A stretch of DNA of 18,389 nt, taken from the NCBI GenBank assembly GCA_963830365.1, contig CAWHMU010000006.1:1-18389 (forward strand), read 5' to 3'. Source of the DNA: an uncultured Chlamydiae bacterium (GTDB lineage Bacteria > Chlamydiota > Chlamydiia > Chlamydiales > Parachlamydiaceae). Shown piece after piece: positions 8,276 through 17,770 of this stretch; the stretch's first letter is position 1; the number at the start of each line of letters is the position of its first letter. A program made the translations under genes and the position numbers. The notes below the pieces were generated by a model. That model did no database searches. It was not told the DNA's origin and saw only the letters and a program-made list of their open reading frames with translations.

Positions 8276-9889
8276 ATGATCACATTAAATCAAGTTTCCA
8301 AAAGCTTCGGCAGCCGCATCCTGTTTGAGAATGTCACCGTGACCTTCAATGCAGGCAACCGCTATGGCCTGACAGGACCCAATGGGGCGGGCAAATCCAC
8401 CTTGCTCAAAATCATCATGGGCCTTGAAGAACCTTCCAGCGGCTCTGTCACCCTGCCAGACCGCGTCGGCATCCTGCGCCAGAACATCGAAGATTTCCGC
8501 GATGCCATCGTGATTGATGTGGTGATCATGGGCAACGCGCGCCTATGGAAGGCCATGCAGGACCGCGATGCGCTGTACCATGTCGAAATGACCGACGACG
8601 TAGGTATGAAGCTTGGCGATCTTGAAGGCATCATCGCCGAAGAAGACGGCTATTCCGCCGACACCAATGCCGAGATCTTGCTCTTTGGCATGGGGATCAC
8701 TTCAGAATATCTGAAACAGCCTATGCATGCCATCCCGCTGGACATGCAGTTCCGCGTGCTGCTTTGCCAGGCCCTCTTTGGAGAACCTCAGGCCCTGCTG
8801 CTCGATGAGCCGACCAACCACTTGGATTTGGAATCGATCGGCTGGCTGGAGAAATTCCTATTCCAGTACAAAGGCACCTTGATCGTCATCAGCCATAACC
8901 GCCACTTCTTGAATTCCGTCACCACCCATATCGCCGATATCGATTACGATACCATCATCATGTATCCCGGCAACTATGACGACATGGTGGAAACCAAGAC
9001 CGCCGTGCGCGATCGTTCCGAATCCGAAGCCAAATCCAAAGAGAAGAAAATCGCCCAGCTCAAGGAATTCGTCAGCCGCTTCGGCGCCGGCACAAGAGCC
9101 AGCCAGGTGCAGTCGCGCCAGCGCGCCATGGACCGCCTGCAGCCGCAGGAACTAAAGAAATCCAATATCCAGCGCCCATACATCCGCTTCATCCCGTGCG
9201 AAAAACAGCCCGGCAAGATCATCCTCAAAGCCGAATCGCTGCATAAAGCCTATGACGGCGAAACTGTCATCAACGATTTCAGCCTCGAAATCGCCCGCGG
9301 TGATAAAATCGGCATCATTGGCAATAACGGCCGCGGTAAGACCACGCTGATCAAAATGCTGGCAAAAGTCCTTGAACCCGACAGCGGCACGGTCGAACTT
9401 GGCCATCAGGCCATCCTCAGCTATTTCCCCCAAAACCACACCGATGTCGTCGATAAGAAAATCAATGCCACGGCCTTCGAGTGGCTGAAAGAACGCCGCC
9501 CGGGGATCTATGATCAGGATATCCGCGGCGTGATGGGCAAGATGCTCTTTGCCGGCGATGACGCCTTCAAACCCGTCACAGCCCTCTCCGGCGGCGAAAC
9601 GGCGCGTCTGATCCTTGCCGGCATGCTGCTGGCAGATCACAACACCATCATCCTCGATGAACCCGACAACCATCTGGATTTGGAAGCCGTCTCGGCATTG
9701 GCTTGGGGGCTGGCCGAATATAAAGGCACCGTCATCGTAGCCAGCCACGACCGCGACCTCATCGATAACGTGGCCACCAAGATCATCGCCTTTGAAACCG
9801 ATGGCATCTGCCTCCACGACGGACCTTTAGAGGAATATCTAGCCAAGAAAGATGCCCAGAAGGAATCCAAGAAAGAAGCTAAAAAATAG
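8276..9889 (+). CDS. ABC-F family ATPase (YbiT-like)
   Basis: Two NBDs: GPNGAGKST / LLLDEPTNHLD / ISHNR and GNNGRGKTT / LSGGE / IILDEPDNHLD / ASHDR. Has the YPGNYD linker and no TM domain. Start set at ATG 8276 (MITLNQVSKSFG). Confidence 0.95.
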   Translation: MITLNQVSKSFGSRILFENVTVTFNAGNRYGLTGPNGAGKSTLLKIIMGLEEPSSGSVTLPDRVGILRQNIEDFRDAIVIDVVIMGNARLWKAMQDRDALYHVEMTDDVGMKLGDLEGIIAEEDGYSADTNAEILLFGMGITSEYLKQPMHAIPLDMQFRVLLCQALFGEPQALLLDEPTNHLDLESIGWLEKFLFQYKGTLIVISHNRHFLNSVTTHIADIDYDTIIMYPGNYDDMVETKTAVRDRSESEAKSKEKKIAQLKEFVSRFGAGTRASQVQSRQRAMDRLQPQELKKSNIQRPYIRFIPCEKQPGKIILKAESLHKAYDGETVINDFSLEIARGDKIGIIGNNGRGKTTLIKMLAKVLEPDSGTVELGHQAILSYFPQNHTDVVDKKINATAFEWLKERRPGIYDQDIRGVMGKMLFAGDDAFKPVTALSGGETARLILAGMLLADHNTIILDEPDNHLDLEAVSALAWGLAEYKGTVIVASHDRDLIDNVATKIIAFETDGICLHDGPLEEYLAKKDAQKESKKEAKK

Positions 9890-9910
9890 CAGGGATTTTT
9901 TTGGTGCCGC

Positions 9911-10657
9911 ATGAAGCCAGATTTTACCAAGCGTAAATTCCTCAGCTTTTCTTTTGAAAGGCAGCAGAAGAAATGCGCCGAACTGCTGCGCGGCATTTAC
10001 GAGGCAGCGCTGCATCAAAAGAACACCTCCATGCTGCTTGCCGCCTATCAGGAAATTACCGAATGGCTAGACATTGCCCCATTGGCAGACCCACAGCTTA
10101 AGACCATTGCCGACCGCTATCACGAGCATCTGCGCCAAGCCCTGGTAAAACACAAAGAGCATAATCTTTTGCCCGCCATCAGGCGCGGCGACCGGCTGCA
10201 GGCAGAGCTGCCTTGGACGCTTGCCGTCTATTTCGACCACATCCGCTCCGCCCACAATGTAGGAAGCATGTTGCGCACCATCGAAGCCTTTGCACTGGGG
10301 AAAGCTTACTTCTCCGATGACACGCCCTCAGCCTTAGAAAAACCTGTCCAAGATGCCGCCATGGGCTCTTGTCAATGGCTAGAGTGTCATCGCGGCGTGG
10401 CTCTGGAAAGCCTGCCCCGCCCAATCATAGCTCTTGAGACAGCACCCGAGGCGGTATCCTTATTTGATTTCATCTTCCCCGAAACCTTCACCCTGGTGGT
10501 GGGTAATGAGGAATACGGGTGCTCAGACCATACCCTTAAGCTAACGGACATCTTGGTCAAAATCCCGCTGCGCGGACATAAAAACTCACTTAACGTAGCC
10601 AACGCTTTTGCCATTGCGGCGGCTGAAATTTATAGGCAAAGACATGCACGTCGCTGA
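9911..10657 (+). CDS. TrmH/SpoU-family RNA methyltransferase (SPOUT)
   Basis: Motifs DHIRSAHNVGSMLRT, LVVGNEEYG and IPLRG.KNSLNVANA, with an N-terminal extension. Confidence 0.92.
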   Translation: MKPDFTKRKFLSFSFERQQKKCAELLRGIYEAALHQKNTSMLLAAYQEITEWLDIAPLADPQLKTIADRYHEHLRQALVKHKEHNLLPAIRRGDRLQAELPWTLAVYFDHIRSAHNVGSMLRTIEAFALGKAYFSDDTPSALEKPVQDAAMGSCQWLECHRGVALESLPRPIIALETAPEAVSLFDFIFPETFTLVVGNEEYGCSDHTLKLTDILVKIPLRGHKNSLNVANAFAIAAAEIYRQRHARR

Positions 10658-11384
10658 TAAAACAAAAACGCTACCATTGACCAGCCACCTCGATGATGAG
10701 GAGTTCTTCCAAAACCAACCAGACGCAGACATCCTGCTGCGCGCGCTGCATACGCGCTTCCCTTCACCGATTGTGGCCGATGCCAATAAACTATCAAACC
10801 AGGAGAAGATTGCCCTCATCGAAGAAAAATTCCGCGCTATCATGGAAATCCTGGGCCTCGACCTTAGCGACGATTCGTTACAGCACACACCCTATCGCGT
10901 GGCCAAGATGTACGTCGAGGAGGTCTTCTCAGGACTTGATCCCTCAACCTTTCCGCGCATCAGCCTGTTTGAAGACCGCTTCCAGCACGGGCAGCGCGCC
11001 AATATGGTCTTTGTCAAGACAGGCTTCTGCAGTTTCTGCGAACACCATTTCGTCCCCATGGTCGGCACGGCCTGCATCGCCTACCTCCCCAATGGCAAAT
11101 TGATCGGCCTTTCCAAAATCCCGCGCCTGGTGCGCTTTTTCTCCCGCCGCCCGCAGGTGCAGGAAAGACTTACCGCCCAGATCGCCGATGCCCTCAGCCT
11201 GGTTACCGGTTCAGAACATGTGGCCGTCACCCTCATTGCACAGCACCACTGCATGACGGCGCGCGGCATCGAAAGCGAAAACAGCCATGCTATCACCCAC
11301 GCGCTGCGCGGTGATTTCGATAGCTGCCACACGCTGCGCAAGGAATTCTTCGACGCTTCAGAGCGCAAGTCGCGCAGGCCATAG
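10644..11384 (+). CDS. folE: GTP cyclohydrolase I (type IA)
   Basis: DSLQHTPYRVAKMYVEEVFSGL, SFCEHHFVP, IGLSKI.R, RRPQVQERLT, H.CM.ARG. ATG 10644 overlaps the end of the trmH-like gene. Confidence 0.95.
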   Translation: MHVADKTKTLPLTSHLDDEEFFQNQPDADILLRALHTRFPSPIVADANKLSNQEKIALIEEKFRAIMEILGLDLSDDSLQHTPYRVAKMYVEEVFSGLDPSTFPRISLFEDRFQHGQRANMVFVKTGFCSFCEHHFVPMVGTACIAYLPNGKLIGLSKIPRLVRFFSRRPQVQERLTAQIADALSLVTGSEHVAVTLIAQHHCMTARGIESENSHAITHALRGDFDSCHTLRKEFFDASERKSRRP

Positions 11385-11607
11385 CATATTCCTTGCCCAA
11401 AAAACTTCATGACAATGGCATGCTTGCCGACTGTTTTGCCGCGGCAGCAGCTATACCGCTGCGGGCCACCCTGGACTACCCCCTCAGCTACCCCCTGGGG
11501 CATATTTGCATAGCCGCTGCCGCGCAAAGCAATGGGTTCCCATCCCGGCGCAGCTGCATAGGCATCAAAACAACTCAAAAAACAAGCGTTGCCTTTTTTT
11601 TACCTAA

Positions 11608-11665
11608 AAACGACAGCTGAGCATGTGAAAAGGTTTTCAACATTTCACATGCGCCGCTGCCGTTT
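11608..11665. repeat. Long imperfect hairpin (possible terminator or repeat-family member)
   Basis: aaacg.cagc...gcatgtgaaa...tttcacatgc...gctg.cgttt. The left arm resembles 12560-12585. Confidence 0.5.
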
Positions 11666-11846
11666 CCAGGTGTAATTCCCCCCTATATCTTCACTTATTT
11701 CCTGTCTAAATGGCCGTTTCTAAAAAAAATTTGCCACATTATCCCCAATATGGTTCACTAACAAAAAAGGGGGGAAATAGGCAGTTGCTGACGCCCCACC
11801 CTTGCAAGCCCCTAAAGCATAATTATTTGCGAGGCTTAGAAACATT

Positions 11847-12554
11847 ATGATCACACCTGCCAACAAACCTTTGATCAACACGGACGCCAGCTGCCCGGAT
11901 ATCAGCGCCTGTGCCAGAACTGCTGTCCAATATACCGTACCGCATAATGCCACCATCGCCACCGCTGCCGGCTGGTCTACCTGGTACGCCTACCGGTTCA
12001 CCTTGACCTACGGCCCCCAAATCCTGGCAAAATATCATGCCCAGGGCGTGCAAGGGGTGGCGGCTTGGCTATTCGGACAGGAAACCCACGAAGAAACGGG
12101 CTTTTTCAATTCTTTAGGACATGGTATTGGTTTTGTGACAGCGCCACTGACCGTCCCCGAAGCCACTCAATCGCTAGCTCACTACGTCAGTGCCGCCACT
12201 TTTATCGTTACCACAGTGATGTTGAATGTGATTGCCCAAGTCTTTTTCAGCGCGCCCAGCCAAGACCAAGAACGGCCGCTGCCGATGGCTAAAAAACCGA
12301 TCATTCATCTACGGCTGCCCCTGCCGGCAATCACGCAAAAGCAGACACTGTCTGTAAAAACAAAGACAGAAGCCTCCCAACCTAACGCGGCAGCCGCTGC
12401 CGCTAAGCCTGGCCATGATACCCTTCCGCCGCAGCCATGGATAGCGGCTGAAAAAACGCATGCGACTGATTTGAAAAAAGAAAATTATCAAAGTGTGGCT
12501 GACATCGACATCCTCGGACGCGGGATGTGTTCATTCTGGCAGAGCTGCTGTTAA
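11847..12554 (+). CDS. Hypothetical membrane-associated protein
   Basis: 235-aa ORF with hydrophobic segments (ATIATAAGWSTWYAY; YVSAATFIVTTVMLNVIAQVFF) and an Ala/Pro/Lys-rich tail, followed by a terminator. Confidence 0.7.
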   Translation: MITPANKPLINTDASCPDISACARTAVQYTVPHNATIATAAGWSTWYAYRFTLTYGPQILAKYHAQGVQGVAAWLFGQETHEETGFFNSLGHGIGFVTAPLTVPEATQSLAHYVSAATFIVTTVMLNVIAQVFFSAPSQDQERPLPMAKKPIIHLRLPLPAITQKQTLSVKTKTEASQPNAAAAAAKPGHDTLPPQPWIAAEKTHATDLKKENYQSVADIDILGRGMCSFWQSCC

Positions 12555-12558
12555 CAAA

Positions 12559-12604
12559 AAAAACGGCTGTTGAGCATCTGAAAAGATGCTCAACAGCCGT
12601 TTTT
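12559..12604. terminator. Bidirectional intrinsic terminator
   Basis: Perfect 21-bp IR aaaaacggctgttgagcatct-gaaa-agatgctcaacagccgttttt between the convergent orphan gene and rnpB. Confidence 0.85.
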
Positions 12605-12616
12605 AAATCAAAAAAA

Positions 12617-12980
12617 GTCTGGGAAGACGTTAAGCCGGATCCTGTCGCCGGCACCCTAAGGCGCCAGCCGGCAATCATTCATCTAGGGACTTCGTCACCG
12701 AAGTCCTCAAGCGATCTGTAAGAGGCGCGGCGGAGTACCGCATAGCCTCATCTCGATCTTGCTTCGGATAGGGTTTGTCGACCTCCAAGTTTCCTTGGAT
12801 GGGGCCAGACTCTCAAAGCTGGCGTTTCACCCTGTTGGCGGACCGAGGTCCGCCACGGTATGCTTTCTGTTACACTTTCCGTAGCCTTACGGCCCCCAGT
12901 ATTTCACTGGTATCCTCTCCTGCAAAGTCCGGACTTTCCTCTCTCGCAAACAGCGACAGCGATTGCCTGTCTTCCCAGAC
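12617..12980 (-). ncRNA. rnpB: RNase P RNA (bacterial type A)
   Basis: The minus strand has GAGGAAAGTCCGGAC near the 5' end, GGAAAGTGTAACAGAAA, AGCAAG and CTAGATGAATGATTGCC internally, and ACAGGATCCGGCTTA near the 3' end. The P1 helix GTCTGGGAAGAC/GTCTTCCCAGAC closes the ends. Confidence 0.97.
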
Positions 12981-13002
12981 AACATGGTCTTATACTTTGA
13001 TC

Positions 13003-13770
13003 TTAAACTTTGGTCGTGCGGCGGCGGCGCGGCTTGGTGACTACAGTCGTGCCTTCCAACGCCTGGCTTTCCGGCCAGTAATGGATGCGTGAGCAATGTT
13101 CGCAGAATACGATGCGTTCGCCCTTGCGCACGAGATTTTCATCTTGGGCGGTAAGCATGATATGGCAGCCGCTGCAGCAGCGGTTTTCGATGGGCACCAC
13201 CACGCGGTCTTTCTTGTTGCGCAGCAGACGTTCGTAGATATGGAACACTTCTGGATTGGCAGCTGCCACGAGTTTATCGCGTTGAGCTTTAAGGCCGCGC
13301 CCTTCGACATTGATGCGTTCGATGCTTTCCTGGATTTCGGCTTCCAGCATTTTGCTGTTTTCGACCGTTGTTTCCAGGCTCTCCTGAATGGCTTTAAGGG
13401 CATCTTCTTCAGCTGCCAATTTATCGCAGTGGTCGCTCATGCGCTGTTCTTTGGCGATGCGTTCGCGTTCAGCCTGCGACATCTCGTGACTTAGCGCATT
13501 GAATTCTTCGACTTTTTTGATGGAGCTTTGCTGACCTTCGAGCTTTTTAAGCTTGCTCTTTACATCGCTGAGCTCCCCTTCCATCATGCGCAAGATTTTT
13601 TTCAAATCGACAATCTCGGCTTCTTTAGTCTCTGTTTGACTGCGCAGATCAGATTTGACGGCATTGATGTTGGCAAGATCAGTTTGACGCTCTGTTTTCA
13701 AGCGCATCAACTGGATCATTTGCATATCAATTTCTTGGATATCTAGAATTTTTTTCAGAGCATTGAGCAT
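13003..13770 (-). CDS. cdsZ: Chlamydial coiled-coil/C4 zinc-ribbon protein (CT398/CdsZ orthologue)
   Basis: MLNALKKILDIQEIDMQMIQLMR...YERLLRNKKDRVVVPIENRCCSGCHI...CEHCSRI.YW...RRRRT closely follows C. trachomatis CT398 as recalled. Start at ATG 13770. Confidence 0.92.
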   Translation of the reverse strand: MLNALKKILDIQEIDMQMIQLMRLKTERQTDLANINAVKSDLRSQTETKEAEIVDLKKILRMMEGELSDVKSKLKKLEGQQSSIKKVEEFNALSHEMSQAERERIAKEQRMSDHCDKLAAEEDALKAIQESLETTVENSKMLEAEIQESIERINVEGRGLKAQRDKLVAAANPEVFHIYERLLRNKKDRVVVPIENRCCSGCHIMLTAQDENLVRKGERIVFCEHCSRIHYWPESQALEGTTVVTKPRRRRTTKV

Positions 13771-13992
13771 ACGTTTTCCTAAAAATTGTTGCTGAAGGTA
13801 TACCACGCGCGGCTAAGGTTGCAGTATTGGGTGCAATATTCTGTGGAGCACTGGTCGAAATCAATTACTTTGCGATGATTCCATAGCCTGCTATTTTAAA
13901 GTAGGATATCGCCTATGCACATAATTCTCAAGAAAAAACGGAAAAACAAAATTATTAGGCCGCAATGATGGACTTTTTATAGAAATTTTTTA

Positions 13993-14021
13993 TTGACAAG
14001 GATTACCCATGCTCCTAAAAA
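13993..14021 (+). promoter_or_regulatory. Candidate sigma66 promoter
   Basis: Perfect TTGACA (13993-13998) after an AT-rich tract, a 17-nt spacer and a weak -10 (TAAAAA). Confidence 0.4.
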
Positions 14022-14133
14022 GAAAGGTAAGACAAACCAAACCATCGATCGAAATCTCTAACTCATAGCGCGACGGATCTATTTTGGGGACCGGGCCGCT
14101 AGGATTAGCTAAAAGCATTAAGGATATGTTAAC

Positions 14134-14622
14134 ATGATTATTTTAAAAAAGCCCACTCAAGCGAAAACCCCAGCAGCTAAAACGACAAAGGCCGCCAAAC
14201 CGGCGGCGAAGTCTGCTTTGCTAGACATGGCCCAAAAAGCCCCCGACCAGCAGAAATCAGGCTGCTGCATGGGCACCCCCACCTGTGAGACCAAGGCGCT
14301 GACGACACCGCTGAAAACGACGGTGGCGCTCGCCACACCAGCACCCAAAGCCGCTGCCAGAAAAGGCCCAAAAACGCGCATCACGATTAAATATGATGTC
14401 GGTTTTCATAACACCCTCCATATCCGTGGCAAGGGAGCCGACTTGTGCTGGAGCAAAGGGATTGCTCTGAAAAACATCAAACGCGACGAATGGGTATGGG
14501 AAACAGAAGCGGCGTTTTCAACTTGCGAATTCAAAGTGCTCATCAATGATAAAAACTATGAACTCGGTGAAAATCACACCTTGGCTTGCGGCGCCAATAT
14601 CCAATATACGCCCAACTTTTAG
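14134..14622 (+). CDS. Hypothetical protein: Lys/Ala/Pro-rich N-terminus plus a CBM20-like (starch-binding-like) beta domain
   Basis: The C-terminal DVGF.N.L.IRG....L.W.KG..L......W.W.......EFK.L.ND.....GENH resembles the CBM20 pattern. AAGGA SD upstream. Confidence 0.7.
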   Translation: MIILKKPTQAKTPAAKTTKAAKPAAKSALLDMAQKAPDQQKSGCCMGTPTCETKALTTPLKTTVALATPAPKAAARKGPKTRITIKYDVGFHNTLHIRGKGADLCWSKGIALKNIKRDEWVWETEAAFSTCEFKVLINDKNYELGENHTLACGANIQYTPNF

Positions 14623-14982
14623 CTCGCCTTAAGTAAAAAAGCTAAAATAACAGCATTTTTAGGATGGTTGAGATAAAAATTGCGGCATAAGCTCCAAAGT
14701 CAACGCATGCCAAAAAAATTCTCTGCATCCTGACCAGCCTAAAATCCTGCTATTATTTTTATATGCTGAACAGCTTGGGATCTGGCTTGCCAGGTGCGAG
14801 TTATAAATATGGCACTTCCTGAATGTCATGGTGGCACAACTTTCAAATCACAAGCCCCCCTCCATCCTCAAGCGCCAATCAGACCATGCATTTTTGCGAA
14901 GTTACCAAAATTTTACCGTCGCCAGTAATGGCACTCTGGGTTATATTGACTTCTTTCATTACTGACCAAGGATCCCTCCATC

Positions 14983-16488
14983 ATGACAGATTCCCGCCTA
15001 GCACACTATTTTGCCCACACCCCTGCCGAAAAACGCAACAGCGCCGCCATCGCCTATCTGGCCGGACTAGACTATCTAAAGGAGACCAATCCGGCTGTGG
15101 CCGCCAGCATTGTGCAGGAACTCACCGACCAACGCTCCTATCTAAAACTGATCGCCTCGGAAAATTTCTCTTCGCTGGCAGTTCAGCTGGCCATGGGCAA
15201 CCTGCTTACCGATAAATATGCCGAAGGCTATGCCCACCACCGCTTCTATGCCGGCTGCGAAAATGTCGACAACCTGGAAGCTATGGCCCAAAATGAACTC
15301 AAACTCATCTTTGGCGCCGACCATGCCTATGTACAACCCCATTCCGGCGCCGACGCCAACCTCGTCGCCTTCTGGTCCATCCTGGTCCAGCGCATCCAAA
15401 ATAAGGAAATAGAAAAACTGGGGAAAAAGTCCCTCGATGAACTTAGCGAAGCCGAATACGAGCAAATCCGCCAGCTGATGCTCAATCAGAAAGTACTGGG
15501 GATGTCCCTCAACTCAGGCGGCCATCTGACCCACGGCTATCGTCATAATATCTCTTCAAAAATGATGCAGGCCTTCCACTATGATGTCGATAGATCCTCA
15601 GAACTCATCGACTATGCTGCGCTGGCCAAACAAACCCTGGAAGTCAAACCCACCATCCTGCTAGCCGGCTACTCGGCCCATCCGCGCCGCATCAACTTTG
15701 CTAAAATGCGCGAGATCGCCGATTCTGTCGGAGCCGTCTTCATGGTCGATATGGCCCACTTCGCCGGCCTGGTGGCGGGCAAAGTCTTCCAGGGCGACTA
15801 CAATCCGGTGCCATTTGCCCATATCATCACTTCGACCACCCATAAGACCTTGCGCGGGCCGCGCGGCGGCTTCGTCCTCTGCCAGCAGGAATTTGCCGAT
15901 ATCGTCGACAAAGGCTGCCCATTGGTGCTGGGAGGCCCCCTCCCGCACGTCATCGCCGCCAAGGCGGTGGCATTCAAAGAGGCCAATACGCCTGCCTTTT
16001 GCGACTATGCAAAACGCATTGTCGACAACTCCCAAGCCTTGAGCCTGCGCCTGAAAGATCTCGGCGTGCGCCAGGTGAGCGGCGGCACAGAAAATCACAT
16101 GGTCATCCTAGACCTCACCCGCTTCGGCATCACCGGCCGCCATGCCGAGACGGCCTTGCGCCAAGCCCACCTGACCGTCAACCGCAACGCCATCCCCTTC
16201 GACACCAACGGTCCATGGTACACCTCCGGCATTCGCGTCGGCACCCCTGCCATGACGACCTTAGGGATGGGCCAGGAAGAGATGCGCATCATCGCCGATA
16301 TCATCGTCGATGTTTTAAGCCATACCAAACCTGCCATGGCCAAATCGGGCCAGCCGAGCAAAGCCGCCTGTACCGTCGAACCCGCCATGCTGGCCAAATG
16401 CCAGCGGCGCGTTAAGGAATTATTGAGCGGCTTCCCCCTTTATCCCGAGATACCACTTGAAGAAAGCATCCCTGCTGCCGCACTTTAA
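14983..16488 (+). CDS. glyA: Serine hydroxymethyltransferase (long chlamydial type)
   Basis: LIASEN, DKYAEGY...RFY.GC, VQPHSGA.AN, GGHLTHG, DMAHFAGLVA, TTHKTLRGPRGG (PLP lysine), SGIRVGTPA.TT.G. Confidence 0.98.
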   Translation: MTDSRLAHYFAHTPAEKRNSAAIAYLAGLDYLKETNPAVAASIVQELTDQRSYLKLIASENFSSLAVQLAMGNLLTDKYAEGYAHHRFYAGCENVDNLEAMAQNELKLIFGADHAYVQPHSGADANLVAFWSILVQRIQNKEIEKLGKKSLDELSEAEYEQIRQLMLNQKVLGMSLNSGGHLTHGYRHNISSKMMQAFHYDVDRSSELIDYAALAKQTLEVKPTILLAGYSAHPRRINFAKMREIADSVGAVFMVDMAHFAGLVAGKVFQGDYNPVPFAHIITSTTHKTLRGPRGGFVLCQQEFADIVDKGCPLVLGGPLPHVIAAKAVAFKEANTPAFCDYAKRIVDNSQALSLRLKDLGVRQVSGGTENHMVILDLTRFGITGRHAETALRQAHLTVNRNAIPFDTNGPWYTSGIRVGTPAMTTLGMGQEEMRIIADIIVDVLSHTKPAMAKSGQPSKAACTVEPAMLAKCQRRVKELLSGFPLYPEIPLEESIPAAAL

Positions 16489-16771
16489 ATATACCACGCG
16501 TGGTTAGGTTGTGCACATTTTGGCAACGAGAAAGCTCCCGTGGTATAAGAAACGGCACCATTGAAATCAGGTGCCCATCCGCATTCAAACTAAAATCAGG
16601 CGCCCGAACTCGCGCTCAAGAGCTTAGTTTGGCTTCCGCCCACTGCAAAGCACAAGCGGCCTATCCTAAAGAAACAATCCGTACCGGTGCCGATCCCCTT
16701 TAACCTGAAACGGCAGTTGTGCCTATGAAAGGGTGCCAAATCCTTTCACTTCTGCCACGGCCGTTGAAGAT

Positions 16772-17110
16772 GTTGCCTAATGTTGATATAGCATTCGATC
16801 GATTTCATAATTGTAGCAATGCTGAACGATGGAATAGACGAAATTCGTAGAAATCAGCAAGCCAAATGCAATGAAGCAGAGCTGAGAGTTCTCAAGAGGC
16901 GCAGGTTTCTTCTCTTAAAGATACCATGATCTAGTGAGAATTTGACATATTGGACAAAATCCACATCAACGGAGGGGGTAACGTTTTTGAGCCGGCATCC
17001 GACAAATGCAAAGACAGAAGGTGTCAATAAGATTCAAATAACGAAGCGACAGGCTTATGGATTTAGAGATATGGAATGCTTCAAGCTTCGATTGTATAAT
17101 TTTCGGCCTT
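16772..17110 (+). pseudogene. ISL3-family transposase remnant
   Basis: Fragments LPNVDIAFDRFH / (frameshift) IVAMLNDGIDEIRR...LKRRRFLLLK* / TNAKTEGVNKIQITKRQAYGFRDMECFKLRLY match the ISL3 DRFH and EG.N.KI...KR.AYGFR motifs. Internally deleted. Confidence 0.85.
16921..16955 (+). repeat. 35-bp dispersed repeat (copy 2)
   Basis: ataccatgatctagtgagaatttgacatattggac, located at the break point of the ISL3 remnant. Confidence 0.9.
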
Positions 17111-17442
17111 GTTCACCTAGTCGGTCAAAAAATGAATTTTCTCATTAGAGACAGATCAATGAAAAAAAAGCGACTTCAGATTGAAGCTCTGGATTCTTGG
17201 TTTTTTTCAAAAAAAAATACTGGTTGCTGAGCTCCAAAGGAGTGGCAATATTTTCAGCCCACGGTATAGCGTCGGAGACGCAAACCGTGGGATAGGCAAA
17301 TAAAATAAGGTTCATCCGACAAATGCGTACCTTAGCACAGTAGAAATAATTTAGGTTCATCACAGAAATTCGTACAGACTCTCAAGGTTTGGGGTCGAGC
17401 CTGGGATTTGAGCCCTAAACTCTAAAATTAATACAGATACTC

Positions 17443-17612
17443 TCAAATCGCAAATCGCAGGCTTGACCTCAGTCAGGGCTCTCGGTAACAGACCGATAGC
17501 ACTATCGCGCTGGCATAAACCACAACGAATTTAACCAGAACCTCTTCTCTTGTTTCATATCTCTAGTTTGCTTAAACCCTGCTTGAGGTCAAGCCTGCGA
17601 TTTGCGATTTGA
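17443..17612. repeat. Perfect 29-bp inverted repeat (GGTCAAGCCTGCGATTTG family; 4 copies in the MITE)
   Basis: 17443-17471 and 17584-17612 are perfect IRs. Degenerate copies at 17390-17411 and 17795-17822. Confidence 0.9.
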
Positions 17613-17629
17613 AAACGTCCACCTTATTT

Positions 17630-17770
17630 GGCGTTGTTACACCCAACCGGTCAATTTCTTGTTCCGTGCTCTCTGTGCCTCTGTGTTTGATTTTTTGAAA
17701 CACAGAGCCACAGAGAGCGCGGAGCGAAGCATCATCGTGACCGAAAGTTTCCTGTGAAGGTGGACACGGC
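17630..17770 (-). repeat. CACAGAG-hairpin module (copy 2, inverted)
   Basis: The reverse complement aligns to 5444-5598, apart from a short deletion and a few substitutions. Confidence 0.9.

Noticed and set aside
8720..8780. Degenerate ABC signature in NBD1 (IPLDMQ instead of LSGG)
   Set aside because: A degenerate first signature is normal for YbiT-like ABC-F proteins.
9152..9817. 221-aa minus-strand ORF and similar antisense ORFs within glyA, folE and cdsZ
   Set aside because: Antisense shadows of well-supported, GC3-rich core genes.
12775..13096. ORFs of 105 aa (+) and 69 aa (-)
   Set aside because: They overlap rnpB and cdsZ; shadow frames.
14810..14934. Three TGGCAC hexamers upstream of glyA (sigma54 site or riboswitch?)
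   Set aside because: None has TTGC at the -12 position, and no ZTP, THF or glycine riboswitch consensus is recognisable.
16500..16703. 67-aa ORF after glyA
   Set aside because: No SD or recognisable motif, and it lies in a region of decayed mobile DNA.
16996..17009. 14-bp match to the MITE TIR (catccgacaaatgc) inside the ISL3 remnant
   Set aside because: Lacks the terminal GGTT and lies in the transposase TNA..EG reading frame; cannot be distinguished from chance.
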